Counted from the first letter of the whole stretch, positions 48,562-62,299 are shown. The stretch: DNA of 63,788 bases, filler included, from Sphacelaria rigidula (GCA_964200075.2; 8 parts of 8 records of this genome joined end to end with filler, not necessarily neighbours in it), one strand, 5' to 3'. The notes: generated from the letters alone by a model not told the origin. Translations and numbers: made by a program.

Positions 48562-50926
48562 TAATCTAACCCTCGTGGCGGTACTCCGCTTGAGCGTTAG
48601 ATGAGTCGCCGTAGTTGAAATCCTAATCCTCTGAAACAACCATACCCCAGCCCGTGATATCAGGATGAGTGGATTTTCACAAAGTTTTTCCTGTGGTGTC
48701 GAAAACTGTCGACAGGCAGTGACTTCGTGAGTATATGTCGGCGTGTTGCTCAGCCGACAGCACGTACTCCACGCGAATAACTTGTACGGCTGTCAGCTTT
48801 CTGAGAAAGTGATGCCTGAAATTGTTATGCTCCCTGTCATGTAAACTCTACGGATTCTTCAAGTGAATGTCACCATCGTTATCCCATTTATACAGTGACG
48901 GGGATCCGTACCGAACCGAAAGAAAGCGTTTTTTCTGAGCACGATCCTCTGTTCACAATTATCATGTTCATCAACGACGCGCGTCTCTCTATCATACTCG
49001 ATTTGGAGCGAGCAACGCCAACAGTACACAGATGACCACTAATACACGCTAGTACATACTTCATAACCTCCCCTGGTTATGGTGGCAAACCCATGTATGC
49101 ATAATACCTTGTACAGTATGCGCACAGAGCGCACGGGCTGTGGACGCATGCGTTGTCAGCCTGATTCGACATTGTGTGATAATTAGAATGCCGCCTAGAT
49201 CCCAGTATATCCGTTTTCAGGCCAAATTCACCCTGCACAAGTGTCGTTCAAACGTGCCCATAACGTGCCCATAACCGAGGGGTGCTTCGAAATTCGTTTG
49301 GATTACGTACACGGTACCAGCGATCACCCGTGCATAGAAGCTATCGTACCGGACTGTCTATGTCATAGTACGGAAGAACTTCTGACGCCTAAATATGCCA
49401 CACCTTGGGCGCAGAAAAGTCTGGCTACGTTCGTGCAAGGGCACAGTGCAAGAAGGGCTTCCGAACAAGGCAAAAATTGACTTTCTGTGCCATCTTGCAG
49501 AGTTGATCATGCTCTCCGATAGTGACCGCGGATCGGATGTACAGTATGTTTGAATTCCCCCCCCGCGCGCGCGCTCCCATCTCCGTTTTACTGTATATAC
49601 GCGTTTTTCATCGCGCAGGTGCTACATTGAAATGCGCAAACTCAAACGATGTCTTTACGTACGCGCGTGCCATAGTGATCCTCGAATTGAAATTACTACG
49701 AATAAACCAGACGATTTTGTTTTAGTTGCACCCACAAGGATTAGGAGGAGGTGGGGGATTTCACACGGGGTGGGGATTCCACATGATACACAAATCTCAC
49801 CCACGTCTCATCCTACGGTATGCGTTGAATACTTGGGCCCCGATCTGTCTCATGTAGGGGCTCCTAAAATCAGGAGTTACATCAACGGGTCAAGACATGC
49901 CCCTTTTCCAAACACACTCGGGATATCCTTAGCCTATCGGAATGCTGATCGCGGCGTACCCTCACATATTTCATCATGTCTTTTCTTGGATGAGATAGAG
50001 GGCTGCTGACAATTCGAAACTCAGAAAATGTCTCTCTGCATCCCTAGCGTAGCACCACTCCCCACTCTTACCTACTCCACCATGAGCAATTTCACAATGT
50101 TCCACGTTCTTGCCCAGTATTTCCAGGGCATGAGCTGTGCCGTTCGGGAGACACTCTAGAAGATATATTCAGTAAAACTGAAGAGGTGGCTGGTGCCGTT
50201 GGGAAGCTGAGGGTTGAAGCTCCCCGATCATGTACATCGGCGCCTTCCACCATACGTACCGGCTGCGTTGTTCGTGGCAAACGAATCAGAAAAAATGGAT
50301 CGAGACATACTCCCCCACTTGCCAATTACATTAGAATGGGGATTTTATAACCAACACGCAGGGCAAGTCCCGTCGAAGCCTGGAACAAGACTCAGCACGT
50401 AGTGCACGCTTGGTTTGTGTGACGTGTCTGTCAACGGGGTGTACCATTTTCAGAGATGCGCCCGCCTCTGCCGTTGAACTTTCGTGCACACATCACCCGA
50501 TGAAATTAAACGAAGATAACTCCACACATGAGGAACACGCCCGCTGTCGACATCACCCTAATAGTACTGCTGTAATTATTGCATATTTCTTTTCTACACG
50601 TTTTTACTCCCAGACGCGCTTCGCGCCGCAAATCGCGTGTCATGCTTCCGGGACCGAGCACCCGAAGACTAGAAATTCCGTTATGTGCTCCTTGCTCTTC
50701 ATTAGTAAAAGATGGGTCAGGACTCCCTCTGCTCCACATGTGCCTGCAGCACGACAGTGCGTGCCCCACATTATCGTCCTGTCTTGTTTGTGTTTTCAAC
50801 TGCGTACAGTCAGATTAGTAGTGCACGATCCAACAAAAGTGCAGCTCCAACTCTTTTCGCACCGTGCTCTCAAGTACGCACTGCGCACTGCAACCCAGTC
50901 CTCGGAGTGTGACATCCGTCACCTCG

Positions 50927-52296
50927 TTTCGTTGCTACCACACGGGCGGCCGCTGGTACGTCTTATCCGCACTTTCATGACGCCCCTAGGACACAGTGCA
51001 TTATGGGACGAGTTGAATGGCGTGCATACAGCATGAACCGGGCTGTCATCGCACACGAGGTCACGCCCGTTAACCATTGTCAACTCGCCTGCATTCTGGG
51101 ACACTCGTTTTGCAAACCAAATTTTCCCCTGTAGGTATGCTGTTCGACTTGCCGATAACCTAGGGACGCTGCAAAATGCGGACAAGGTGTACCAGCGGCC
51201 ACCCGTGCAGCATAGAGCGCGGCGGTCATTGTCGCCAGCAAACTGCGTCGGAACCGTTTACCAACATGGAACATATAGTACCTACGTTATGCACCTCGCT
51301 GTCGCTTCCATGACAAGCACACGTGTGCACACTACTGCCACCATCACCACAAAAATCAATGTTACCGGACGACAGAAGTGCGGTACAACAAGTTGAGGGA
51401 AATAAGAAATGACAAGCGTTCTTGCTTGTTACCCCTACCGTGAAACCGCGTCGCCGCTGATCACCTGCGTCAACACACGACAACGCTGCTTCCCCACGGC
51501 AAAACTGTTTTACAACAACCTGGCCCTTATCAAAATAAAACGGAAAAAGAAGCCATGTACATGGCAACAATAATATCATTCAGCATCGGTATACCTCGAA
51601 GCATCGAATGTTCCCCACGGTCGGCCTTACTTCGTCATTCACAAGCAACAAAACTGTAAATAACTGACAAAACTGACAAACGGCATGAAACTATAGTACC
51701 AGCGTACACCCGTGACGGCACGCGTACATGCAGCAACTGACTTTAAAACGTATCTGGCAAGCACCAGAATACCCTCTCCTCCCCCACCCCCCTCCCAAAA
51801 TTCCGCCTTCAAAAATCACAAGCTACCCTAGCTCGAAAATACACATGCAGAGGTCACGTTACACCCAAAGTGGTTGCACTGTTCGATCGACGCCCTCTCT
51901 GCGAATCGCCGTACCCAACCATGCGTGGCTGTATCTTCGGACCTTTTTGATCATGACATCCAACCTCTGCTGACACAAAATGCTGAGCACGTGCCAGAGA
52001 ACATTTTTTTGCCCACCGCAAATCATTTGCTCCTTAACTGAAGCATGCGGGTTTCAGATAATGTACTGAAGGTACGAATATTGAATATTGCACTGCCATA
52101 CTGTATGCCCCTCTCCCCTTCGTCCCCGCTCTCTTCTGGGAATCGTCCCAACACCCTTTCACCTTGTCCCAGATTTCAAATGTACAAAAGGAACTACCAA
52201 TTCCTGGGACACATGGTATATGATTGATCAAGCGTCAGGTATACCGTGAGACATAAAAAACAACCTGCTTACCTTGTATTTGGACAGTCATCGTCT
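50927..52296 (-). CDS. Probable C2-domain micro-exons (52296-52273, 52203-52163, 51519-~51465/51439, possibly ~50989-50927)
   Basis: First three exons splice GT-AG in frame to TMTVQIQ-GIGSSFCTFEIWDK-VVVKQFCRGEAALSCVD; GVMKVRI could be the last strand. Confidence 0.45.
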
Positions 52297-54324
52297 CTAG
52301 AATACACGAGGCTCAGTGCGTCGATCCCTTTATCGACCGGTTCAAATCCAAATTTCTGAAGGAAAATCAGGCGAAAATCACGAACAGTCCAGCGATGAAC
52401 ACACGCCGGAAATTTTCGTGCCACTCGAAGCGCCGAGATGGATCTGGGTGCCGCAGATTAAACGCGGTACTTTACCTCGAGATTCTGACCAGAAACACCC
52501 TGCACTACAGACGAAAGTCGTCGGGCGCAGACAGATCTCGACATCTCGTCAACAACACGAGTTTTGCGGGCACGACTGCAACACGGTTATCTTCGAGTAG
52601 GAAACATTTTCAAGTCAGGGGGTACTCTCCCTCATGAAACCGGCCCTACTGCGTGAACCCCAAAACCAAGCAACTCTTACACGGATAGCTTGCATGACCC
52701 ATCTATCCGTATACGGTAGTGCAGGTGACGCAACACTGCACCTGAGGAAGCCCTCCAGGCCAAACAAACCACGTGATTCCTTCCCCGTGTGCTATGGCGA
52801 AGCAGTATTACATGAAGCAGGAACAAACGGCGACAAAAATCTCCTCCATACCTGTACGCTGTTCGAAACATAATGCGGGAACACTTGTGTGGCAAATGTC
52901 CCACGATTCGGTTCGGCCACCGCTCTCGCTAACCCACACCGACATTCGGTACCTTGAGCACAACGAAGAAAGAAGATAACCTTTCATTAGATCGACAAAA
53001 TATTGTTCTTCGCGCGACCGTTGACTGGAGCCTATATCAGTGACCACACACACAAAGCCGACAGGGCGAAAAATGAACGCAAAATCGCAACAAATAGGTG
53101 AATGTTATCACGCTATCAACCGACACATAGGCTATACGCCAACCACAGTGTAAGTCCAAGCACTATTGGGCAAAGAAGGACAGGGGGGGGGGGTACCGAG
53201 AAATTAACATGGTTTCTCCTTAGCTAAACTCGCTAGACCCGACGTTTCTTAGCCAACATAGGGAAAACGCGCCCTGTGCGGCGGGCACAAACTCTTCGGA
53301 GCTGCAAAAAAATAGCTGGTGTTGAATTCTGTACTTATTGGAGGAGAACGAAATCGTTCATAGTGCTGGACTTCAACCATCGGGGGAGGTGGTGATTTGC
53401 ACCGCCACCTGTAATGCATTTATGACATGCGGGGAACTAATGATGAACGTGCCGCACACGAAAGAGCTCTACTGGTTGAAGAACAGACCTGGTCTGTACA
53501 CCACCCTAGCGCTACTGTGGTAATGCATTCTCCGCAGCTTGCAGGTGTATCCACAGTGCCGTACTTCTGTGCGACCCCAACAATAAAAACCCATACCTGA
53601 CATGCCGTTCATACTCACACAAACACAGCCGTTAAACTACATTGAATTTCGTGTCACCCGTTGCGTCCACCTTCCCGCTGTGCCAAGTACACGGTGATGT
53701 CGAATGTATGCACGAATATAAAACTGCCGCGACAACCTTGAACACCGTGAAATCCGTCTGCGAATTCAACAAGGGCATTAACAAGTGTTTGCAAGGAAAC
53801 ACATCTAGCTAGCTGCGCTGAGCTACTCCTTGCGCAAACACATGACTTCCTATCCCCACATTCACTCACCACCGTCGTTCTCACTCCTCGACCACCCTAC
53901 GTACCCAAATCGTCGACAGCTGCTTCTGTTGTAAGTGGCAGGGCATATTCTACATACCACCGGACGAATGAACACTCAAGCACTGTTGTGGTCCCCACTC
54001 CCTTAAATTAACTCTCGCTTGTCTGAACTCCCAACACCTGTTGTTTTTCTCCACCGACTCGAAATCAAGTCCTACTCACTCGACGTGATGCACGCCAGCA
54101 TCCGCACACTGGTGGATTCACCTCGAAACATCGATGTCAATCCCAACGTCAAGACCGAGATGTTATGTAGATGTGGTACACCTCCCATTCCCAGCCGAGT
54201 CCTTGATGTAGAAAGAGCAGCGACAACTCCCCAAAGCAACTCAGACCGTGGTCTTTTCGCTTCGACCTATAACTTCTCTCTACGGCCGACACTAAAACCA
54301 CAGATCTGGGTCACTGGCCAGCAA

Positions 54325-54417
54325 CTCTACAGCAACCCGCGAGCCGGATATTCTACAGTAACCCGCGCGCCAGAACTTTCTACAGCAACCCGCTAGTATG
54401 CACTCCTGTAGCAACCC
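54325..54417. repeat. ~27-bp minisatellite, 3-4 diverged units (CTACAGCAACCCGC core)
   Basis: Direct reading. Confidence 0.75.
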
Positions 54418-54837
54418 TCAAACGCGTGACGAACCCAACACTAGAACACTGCATTCATGAATCGACAAAAAACGGCCGGTGCTTGCTTGAACCACACAAC
54501 TCCCGAGAGACGGCGATCCTCCTGGCACCTGCTCACGACCGGGACCAAAAACGAGATGAATCGTTCGGTACTTCTACCCCATTCGGACTGAATATCACTA
54601 CGCCGGAACCCTAAAAACGCTGAGCGCTTCCCCCCACCAGTTCGGATTGACATTGCACCAAGCCAGGCGCAAACCCGAACCAATAATAACGGGGCACGTT
54701 CGGATGTGATGGAAGGGTCACTCAAAATGTGAGTATTATATCAAACCGGCTCTCTAGGGGACGAGCCACAACGGTAGTTCTTGCACAACAGTTCAGGAGA
54801 TCCTCACGTGGAATACCATCCCTTGGAAACTCATCAC

Positions 54838-55584
54838 CTCGTAATGTCGCCGCCGTCATCGCCGTCTCGGCCACCTCCGCAACGAGATTTTGGCGGGAAG
54901 AAATGATTCGGATGTCCGTTACACTCACCCGTCTCTTCCTTGCCCTTCCTCCCCTCAGACCCCCAACCCCCTTCACCTCCTCCACCTCTGGTAACAACAC
55001 GGCCGCTGCCTGGAGTATTACCACCAGCGACATCCCCGTAGCCGGCTTTTTCTTCTTGCGCCAATTCCGCCTGCAGTGTCAAGGCGAATCTTCTTGCTTC
55101 GGTCAACGTCGGTGGCCTATGATTGTAGTGGGTGGTGCTCATGGTGTCGTATCCCCGGCTGTTGATATTAGCCGCCGCGCCTGCCGCCCCCACACTGGGA
55201 ATCAGCAAAGATGATACTGATCCCACAGACGATGGTGCGCAAGTAATTTCGCTATTTTCACGCTGAGTGCTTGCCATTGGGCCCCGCAGTGCTGCTACCC
55301 CTCCTCCTGCCCCCGTGGTACTTTCAATAGCAGCAGAGGCATCACCACCACCTCCGTCACCACCACCATAGCTGCTGGTAGTAGTGTTGTATGGGTGCGC
55401 TGAGCCTGGTATCATGCCATTCCTGCCACTGCTCTCAATGCTGGGCTCGTTTCCAGCTGAATCTATTGTAGAAACCAGGGGGTGCACTGCTGTCGTCCCC
55501 CCTTCTCCATTTGGAACTGTTTCTATGACCCCCGCACGTAAGAAGGTGCTGCTTTCCCCTGCTGTGTCAGCGGCCGAGTCTTGT
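54838..55584 (-). CDS. Large low-complexity (G/S/T/A-rich) exon, function unknown, perhaps the same gene as the C2-like exons
   Basis: 267-aa ORF with gcag| acceptor at 55584 and AG|gtga donor at 54838. Confidence 0.55.
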
Positions 55585-55714
55585 CTGCTCGGTAGGGCAT
55601 GAACGCGGGGTCGGCACGGGGCACATTCATCTTTCACATGCCTTCGCGGTCGAGTATACCGTTAATCACGAGCCCCCGAGACCGCAGGTTGGGGGTTGGG
55701 GGTACGGGCGTAGG

Positions 55715-55803
55715 GGGGGTGTACTCATGATTATGCATGCCATAGTCATCAGACCATTGACCTCGCATCCCTACAAAGCCGGGACGGAGCACGCCGGGTT
55801 TTC
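55715..55803 (+). repeat. G-run-anchored repeat, cut by contig end
   Basis: GGGGGTGTACTCATGA...GACCATTGACCTCGCATCCC. Confidence 0.85.
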
Positions 55804-55903
55804 NNNNNNNNNNNNNNNNNNNNNNNNNNNNNNNNNNNNNNNNNNNNTTAATTAATTAANNNNNNNNNNNNNNNNNNNNNNNNNNNNNNNNNNNNNNNNN
55901 NNN
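55804..55903. other. Artificial contig spacer
   Basis: 44 N + TTAATTAATTAA + 44 N. Confidence 0.99.
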
Positions 55904-56629
55904 TCAGCACCTGTTTGGGACCGTCAGAAGGGTTATTCAAACTACAGCTGCCGCGGTATTTTAAATTAAAAAGAAACGGCTCAAATGTTTGAAGCGCGTT
56001 GCACTACAATAGTAGTGTTGTTCAACAGCTCCACCGCGAAGCCGTTTCTCCACACAGCCACGGCGGAGGTGGCCATACAAGGCGTGATAGCTGGTTCAGA
56101 CTAGATGAAGGGCCTCGCATGGGCACTACTGGCGAAACAACCCCAGGCGTCGGACTAACCCTTACCCCCGTTGTGTGTGTCTGCAGCTTTATCGTGGGGC
56201 ACCCATTTGATCCATGTGACCACTGTACTGTGGTGATGCTGTGCTGTCGGGATGATATATCTCAGCAGACTGCTGAATGACGCTGCGTTTCGAAGATTGT
56301 TGGCTTCTGCCGCCGCATTGGATCGTTTCGCTGACGGCGGTCGTCGCCGGCGCAACAGTATGAAGTTTCTCTCAGATACACAGCAAGAGGCGCTGGAAAA
56401 CTCGATGACTAGTCCAAAGAAGTATGTTTTCAGCATGCTTTGTTACGTGTTCCGCAGCGCTAAGACGCAGGGGTTGCTCGATAGATGCGGCACAATAAAT
56501 GAGGGCGGCTTTTCGGTTGGACTGCACATCATCATGCTTTCGCTCCAGTGCAGAAACTTCTGGGTTAGGGGCATATGGTCGAAACCGCTTGCGACTCCAG
56601 AGTCTTTTGAACAAAGTAAATGGAATTTC

Positions 56630-56685
56630 GATGATTCGTTAAACCTCATAAAAATGTTGAACCTCAATAAAGATTCCAGGCTGTT
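56630..56685 (+). mobile_element. Family-B-like terminus that truncates the gypsy RT
   Basis: AACCTCATAAAAATGTTGAACCTCAATAAAGATTCCAGGCTGTT resembles 17775-17817. Confidence 0.75.
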
Positions 56686-59600
56686 AAGTAGCATTCAACA
56701 CGCCTTGCGGTACTCGTTGCGGGGTAAACATGCCAAACAGAGTCGTGATGGTGAGTATCTCTTGCGCCTCTTCGGCCAGAGGCATCTGCCAGTACCCCTG
56801 TAGGAGGTCCAACTTACCGAAGCATCGCGCACTCAACAGGTCTATCATGTCGGATTCCTGATTAGGCATGACACCCGGCGACTTCTCGACCTGATCATTG
56901 ACGTCTCTGTAATCGCTGACAAGACGGGGAGAGTCCTTCTTCGGCACCGCCATCGCTGGACTGGACCACACCGCCTGTAGATTCCTGAACACCAACCCAA
57001 ACGCCACAAGAGCTCCCATGCGAGAAGCTAAACAACTGGACTTTACCGGATCATACCTCCTGGGTTTTGTCTTCACTGCGGCCGCCCCTGGCTTCAGTGT
57101 AACCCTCATGGGTTCCACGCGCGCAGGTGGATCACCCCTCAGCGCACGACGAAATTCGTTAACATGGCGATACAATATGCCACGTAAGCATTCCGTTTTT
57201 GAGACGTTGAGGCCATTTGCCACAGCATCCGTCACGCTGTCCTCCAGCGCAGCCATTCGCGCGGACTCCTCTTCTGCCGGCTCCATAAACATATCGGGGC
57301 CACGCTCCACCAAGCGTTCCACCGCCTCATCACGCTCCTCGGACACCTGCCCCCCCGCCTCCCGAAAGGCATCCACCGACAAGCTCACTCTGCGACTGGC
57401 CAAAAAGGCAGGCGTCTCGACACTCGACCCGGGCCACGGCATTTACCAGAGAATTATATATAATGAGGTTCATCAATTAAATGAGGTTCGAGCCCAAAAC
57501 AGTACTTTATCCTCACTTTCAGCGATGGTGCCCAATGACTTTCTTGTCGGCCTAATGCCCCTCGACCGCGTAGATACTTCTTCAGCGCATTTTATCGACT
57601 CTGTGAGCTTACAGCACTGTTCGAAACTGCCAATTCTACTTATTTTATAGGGGGGGGGGTGATATCAGGGAAAACAGCGGTTTCGGTCAGCGCTGTAAGC
57701 TCACAGAGTCGGTAAAATGCGCTGAAAAGGGATCTACGCGATCGACAGGCATTAGACCGACAAGAAAGTCATCGGGCACCATCGCTGAAAGTGTGGGGAA
57801 CGCACTGTTTTGGACTCGAACCTCATTTAACTGATGAACCTCATTTTATAGAATTGTCTATTATTTGCGTTTTTAGGGACTCTAACAGCCGATCATACGG
57901 ATCGACTCCGAGTCCCCGAGGCGTCGGTAAGCCCAACAGAACGACACCATCCGTCCCCGGCATGATCGCAAACGACGTCGGGGGTAATTTCGCTGGCCTC
58001 CAGGTAGTCCTGAACGCCAAGTGTAGGGGAACCGTACGCTCCGTGACATTTATACGTTGCCCCGATTCGGTGATAGCCTGCCGCGCCTCGAGCGAGAACG
58101 GAATGCGGATTTGCTTACCGGGGAGTAGACGCTCCAGCATCTCCACAATCAGCACCGACACGCTCGTGAAATGGGCGCCGGAATCCAACACAGCGTTGAC
58201 CGATATGGCTCCCCGCGCCCGTTGATTGGGGAGATATAACTCTACAGGGATATAGGTTTCTTGATCCTCGACCGGCACCTGCACCGCCGACTGATTTGTC
58301 GTGACCCTCACTTGGCGCCACGGCTGCGCGTGCGGCGCAGGCAAAGACACCCCCGCTGGGGTCACCGGCACCGCTGGCGGGTACGAAGCCTCGCCCGCAG
58401 AACCAAATTGCAGCGGTACTCCGGCCGATGCAGGAGCGGATCCAAATTTCAGCTGAAATCCGCCCGGCTCAGCAGCAGGTATCTCGCCTTGCTCTGCTGC
58501 CGGCGGCGCCGGCACCGAGCCCGACACTAGAGTGGTCGGTCCCACCTGCACCGCCCGTTGCGGAGCAGCAGCCCCTGCGGCTGAGCCGGACCCAGAACCG
58601 GACCCCTGCTGACGCCGCCGCCCCTGCTGCTGCTGCTGCTGCTGCTGCTGGGAACTCGACTGTGCACCTCCACCGTTGGAGAGTCCACCTCCGCCACCAC
58701 CCCGACTACCTTCCCCTCCTTTGTGATTGCGAGGGCGCGCGGCACTCGTCTGCCCAGACTCCCCCTCGGAAGGCGTTGGGCACTTCCGTGCGTAGTGGCC
58801 TACCTGGTCACACTGAAAGCAAATAGTATTGGCGGCGGCATTACCTGCGAATTTTGATCCGCGGTTACGCGAGCTCGAAGACTGCGGCGACGAAGTGGAT
58901 GGTTTTCCGAATACTTCAATCCTCCGCCAAGCCTGAGCCTCAGCCACCACGGTATCCATAACTAAATACAGGTCTGACTTCCAATTGGTTTCGTGCTGCA
59001 ATTGCACAAGCACGGCCTGTTTGAATCCCGCCGGTGCCAGACCCTCCACCATCGCTTTCGCGATCACCGCAGCGGGTCCTAGACGGAATTTCCCATCGCA
59101 GGAACGATAAACCATCTCGACGTTGAGATTTTCCTAAAATACGTCTCCGACTTTCCCATTATGGGCTCCACCCTCTCCCGCATGGTCCTCCCCTTGTGGT
59201 TCATTACGACAGCCTTCGCCACGGCCACGGACGCCTGCATTAGCTCTACCTCAGCGCCCGCCGCATGCCCTGCATGTTTCTTGATCGCTGTGGCCAATTG
59301 CAGCGGCATTATTGTATGCTTCTCATGGAATCTTCTCGCAAAGACGTATTGGAGGGGGGTAGGCACGAGTTGCGCCATGGAAACCACCTGGTGCCTTACC
59401 GCACCCCCGCATTCGCATGCTCCACCCGCTTCTTGTATTCCACGTATTTCGTACTAAACGAACAAGAGGCACACTCAAAAAACAAATTCCCCTAACTGGG
59501 CGGCCGCAACTCTTCTCTTAGACCAACTGGGGTTACAGTCGCTCCGCTGGCTCTATTGCCGGTACCTCTGTAGTCGACATTTCCGAGCGGACCTAATCGA

Positions 59601-59735
59601 AGGCTTCTGAACCTTCTCGAACTCCACAATTCACACCTGCCTTCTTCGCCGCTCCACACAACCGTGGGGTCCTATAAACACCCGCTGCACGCAGCTCCAG
59701 CAAGTCTCCAGCCTGAATCAATCACGGGCCAGCCG
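56686..59735 (-). mobile_element. Second Ty3/gypsy element: gag (CCHC), protease, N-terminal half of RT
   Basis: CFQCDQVGHYARKC, AVLDSGAHFT, PRLVSDYRDVN, KLDLLQGYWQMPL, RVPQGVLNAT; 5' limit approximate. Confidence 0.92.
57445..57862. mobile_element. Complete 418-bp foldback element (family A) with ATTT target duplication
   Basis: ~200-bp inverted arms around a central G-run; ATTT at 57441-57444 and 57863-57866. Confidence 0.92.
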
Positions 59736-59894
59736 CCTATGCAGCTACCTTAGCTCGAAACCTTCTCACGCGTCCGTGAAGCAATATGCCCGAAGCTATC
59801 ACAAGCTGTCCAGACTCCTGTCTACTGAAAGATTTCCAGCAGTCACTAACGATAGCACAGCTAGCACTACTAGCACTACTAGCACTGGTAGAAT

Positions 59895-60245
59895 TACAAG
59901 GATTGACGGCGCAATCGACCATGGAAGCAGAACTCGTGGTCACTGCACTCACCATGAAGGGGGCCATATTTAGCTCGAACATGATGCTGGAGATGGGATT
60001 TGGCACACGCTTCGACTCTGTCCCCGTCTACATCGTCAACATTTCAACTCTCCACGTCGCAGGCAACCGAACCTACAGCTCGAGAGTCAAGCACGTAGCT
60101 CTACGGTACTTATTTATTCAGGAATTAGTCAAGAAGGGAAGGATCGACATTCGTTATCGTAAGACTGAAGACCAACTCGCCGACATAGGAACCAAGTACC
60201 TCAGCAGGCACAGGCACTGCCATCTCGTCAAGCTGATCAACACAT
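59895..60245 (+). pseudogene. Ty1/copia RNase H (pol C-terminus) fragment
   Basis: AQSTMEAELV...SRVKHVALRYLFIQELV...TEDQLADIGTKYL. Confidence 0.9.
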
Positions 60246-60574
60246 ATATTCAATATCTGACTTCATTCTGGCTGCGGGACCCGTTATTACTTCGTCCTTG
60301 AGTGCCGGGACGGACTAATATCGATGTTGTGACGCCAGCAGGTTTCTAGTATTGCAGCGTCCAATGCTGTTGAGGAACTCCCCAGTTCCACTGGCCTCAG
60401 GTCTCAGTTGTTAGCCTTGACAACACCTTTTATTATCCCGGAGTGACTCCCAGGCGGCTCCACGAACCACATCTGGGTATCACCCCTGTGTCCATGTCAT
60501 CATCCATATCATCACTACAGATCCCAAGTCATCATCCAATCATTACTATATACTCAAGGTGACGGCGTGATTTC

Positions 60575-60842
60575 GTCACAGAGCTTACAGCGCTGATCTA
60601 AACCGCAATTTTCCCTGATTTGTTTTTCAGGCGGGGGGTGACATAAGGGAAAATGGCGGTTTCGGTCAGCGCTGTAAGATCATAAAGTCGGTAAAATGCG
60701 CTAAAAAAACGTATCTACACGATCGAGGGGCACTAGACCGACAAAAAAGTCACAGGCACCATCGCTGAAAGTGTGGGGAAAGCACTGTTTTAGCCTTGAA
60801 CCAAATTTTAGTGTACAGCCTAATTTTATAGTTTTGCCTGTT
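60575..60842. mobile_element. Foldback family A copy with most of the left arm missing
   Basis: Short inverted arm + G-run + full right arm ending GCCTGTT. Confidence 0.85.
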
Positions 60843-60986
60843 CTAGGAGCATATGAATGTCGATGGTACACCCGGGTGTACGCATGATTTTTCTGCTTCA
60901 TTATATGAGAGTTCACCACTTGGTGGGGTGAAGTTGTCCCGACTTGGTGTCAATGTGGACACTGATATCTGGAAGTCAAATGAGCG

Positions 60987-61337
60987 TCGGTCGCCCCGGT
61001 GGCCCAGTTAGTAACCTCGAAACCATCTGACAGTTGGGTCGTGGGTTCTAGTCTCGAAGCAATCTGGGATCTTCCCACACACAATGCCCAAGAGTGGAGA
61101 GGGACTACCATATCGTGGGTACACAAAATTCGACTCGGTGGTCAACGAGGGAAAGGGGCTGCTGAACCCCTCTCGCGATTAAAAAAAATGCATCGCAGAA
61201 GGAAGGTGAAGAACTGTTGTAAGACGAACAAAAAAAAAAAACTCCTGTATTGGCCTTCCGTCTGTGTGACCCCGGCTGGTGCACCCGTATATACGGACAG
61301 GTATAGACCGGCGCCCAGAATAAATGGGACAACACAT
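60987..61337 (+). mobile_element. Full-length tRNA-derived SINE with target-site duplication
   Basis: A box TGGCCCAGTTAG, B-box-like GGTTCTAGTC; AATGAGCG at 60979-60986 and 61338-61345. Confidence 0.9.
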
Positions 61338-62299
61338 AATGAGCGCTGCCCTCCTTGCTTGCGCAGTGCGCACTTTTGCCCAGACGAGGCCTTGCAACGC
61401 ACAACTTGCGTAGATACCACCTTGCACCGATTGACAGAGCAACAGAGCCCGCCAGCAGAGTAGAGCCAGTTCCATGGACCATTTGTGCAGACCCGCCGGT
61501 CCAACCAACACCATTGTTTAATCCAGCCGCACACAAGCCGGCAGATAGCGCACGCCACGGCACACACACTCCCAACGCCACAACTCACACGCGAACATAC
61601 ACGGACGAAGCAATGTTAACGGCAAAAGCCAAGAGATAATGTAGCGGAAAGACAGAGACCATCGCTTCTGCTCGACAAACGCACACACAAGAAAAACATC
61701 GACCCAGATATCCCCCTTTGAGGAAAACAAGAAAAAGACAGAACGACTCTCAGTACTATTTTCAACGACTACAAGGCCGGAGCGTGTTTGCTGTTTTTTG
61801 CGTTGTGTGCTTCGAACCCGAATTCACCCACCGGATTATAGTCTCTTCCACAGCACGTCCCGTGCTCACCAGAAAAAATGGAAAATTACCTCCCTCTGCT
61901 GGTTTTGAGGGTAAGCTTGAAAAGCAGTTGAAAAAGGGTTCAACTCCGGAATGTGTCATTGGTGTGGAAGTGTATGTGCCGTCTTATTAGGGAATGTGTC
62001 ACCTTAGCGCACGATTTCTCCATGTCAAGGATGTAGTCTACACCCAAGTGTATCCGAAGAAACAAAGAAAAGTGGGCAATTTACAGTAAGGTGTCGTCAA
62101 ACAGCCCGGACATGTTTCGGGGGCTAACACCCCCCAAGTCTAATACCCCTGACGATCATGTTGGCCGTGGGGCTGGAAGCCCTTACTTGCTCACACTTCA
62201 ATACTTCTGAATGATGGCTGACGTCAGGGCCGTTTTTGCATTTTTTTTCAAAACCACCACGCGTGCGAGACCCGTAGCGTTGGTACCTGTGGCGCTGCT

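Noticed and set aside
55715..55803. Hammerhead ribozyme core (GAAA...CTGATGA on the minus strand) in the G-run repeat
   Set aside because: Stem I does not form and CTGATGA is absent from the other four copies.
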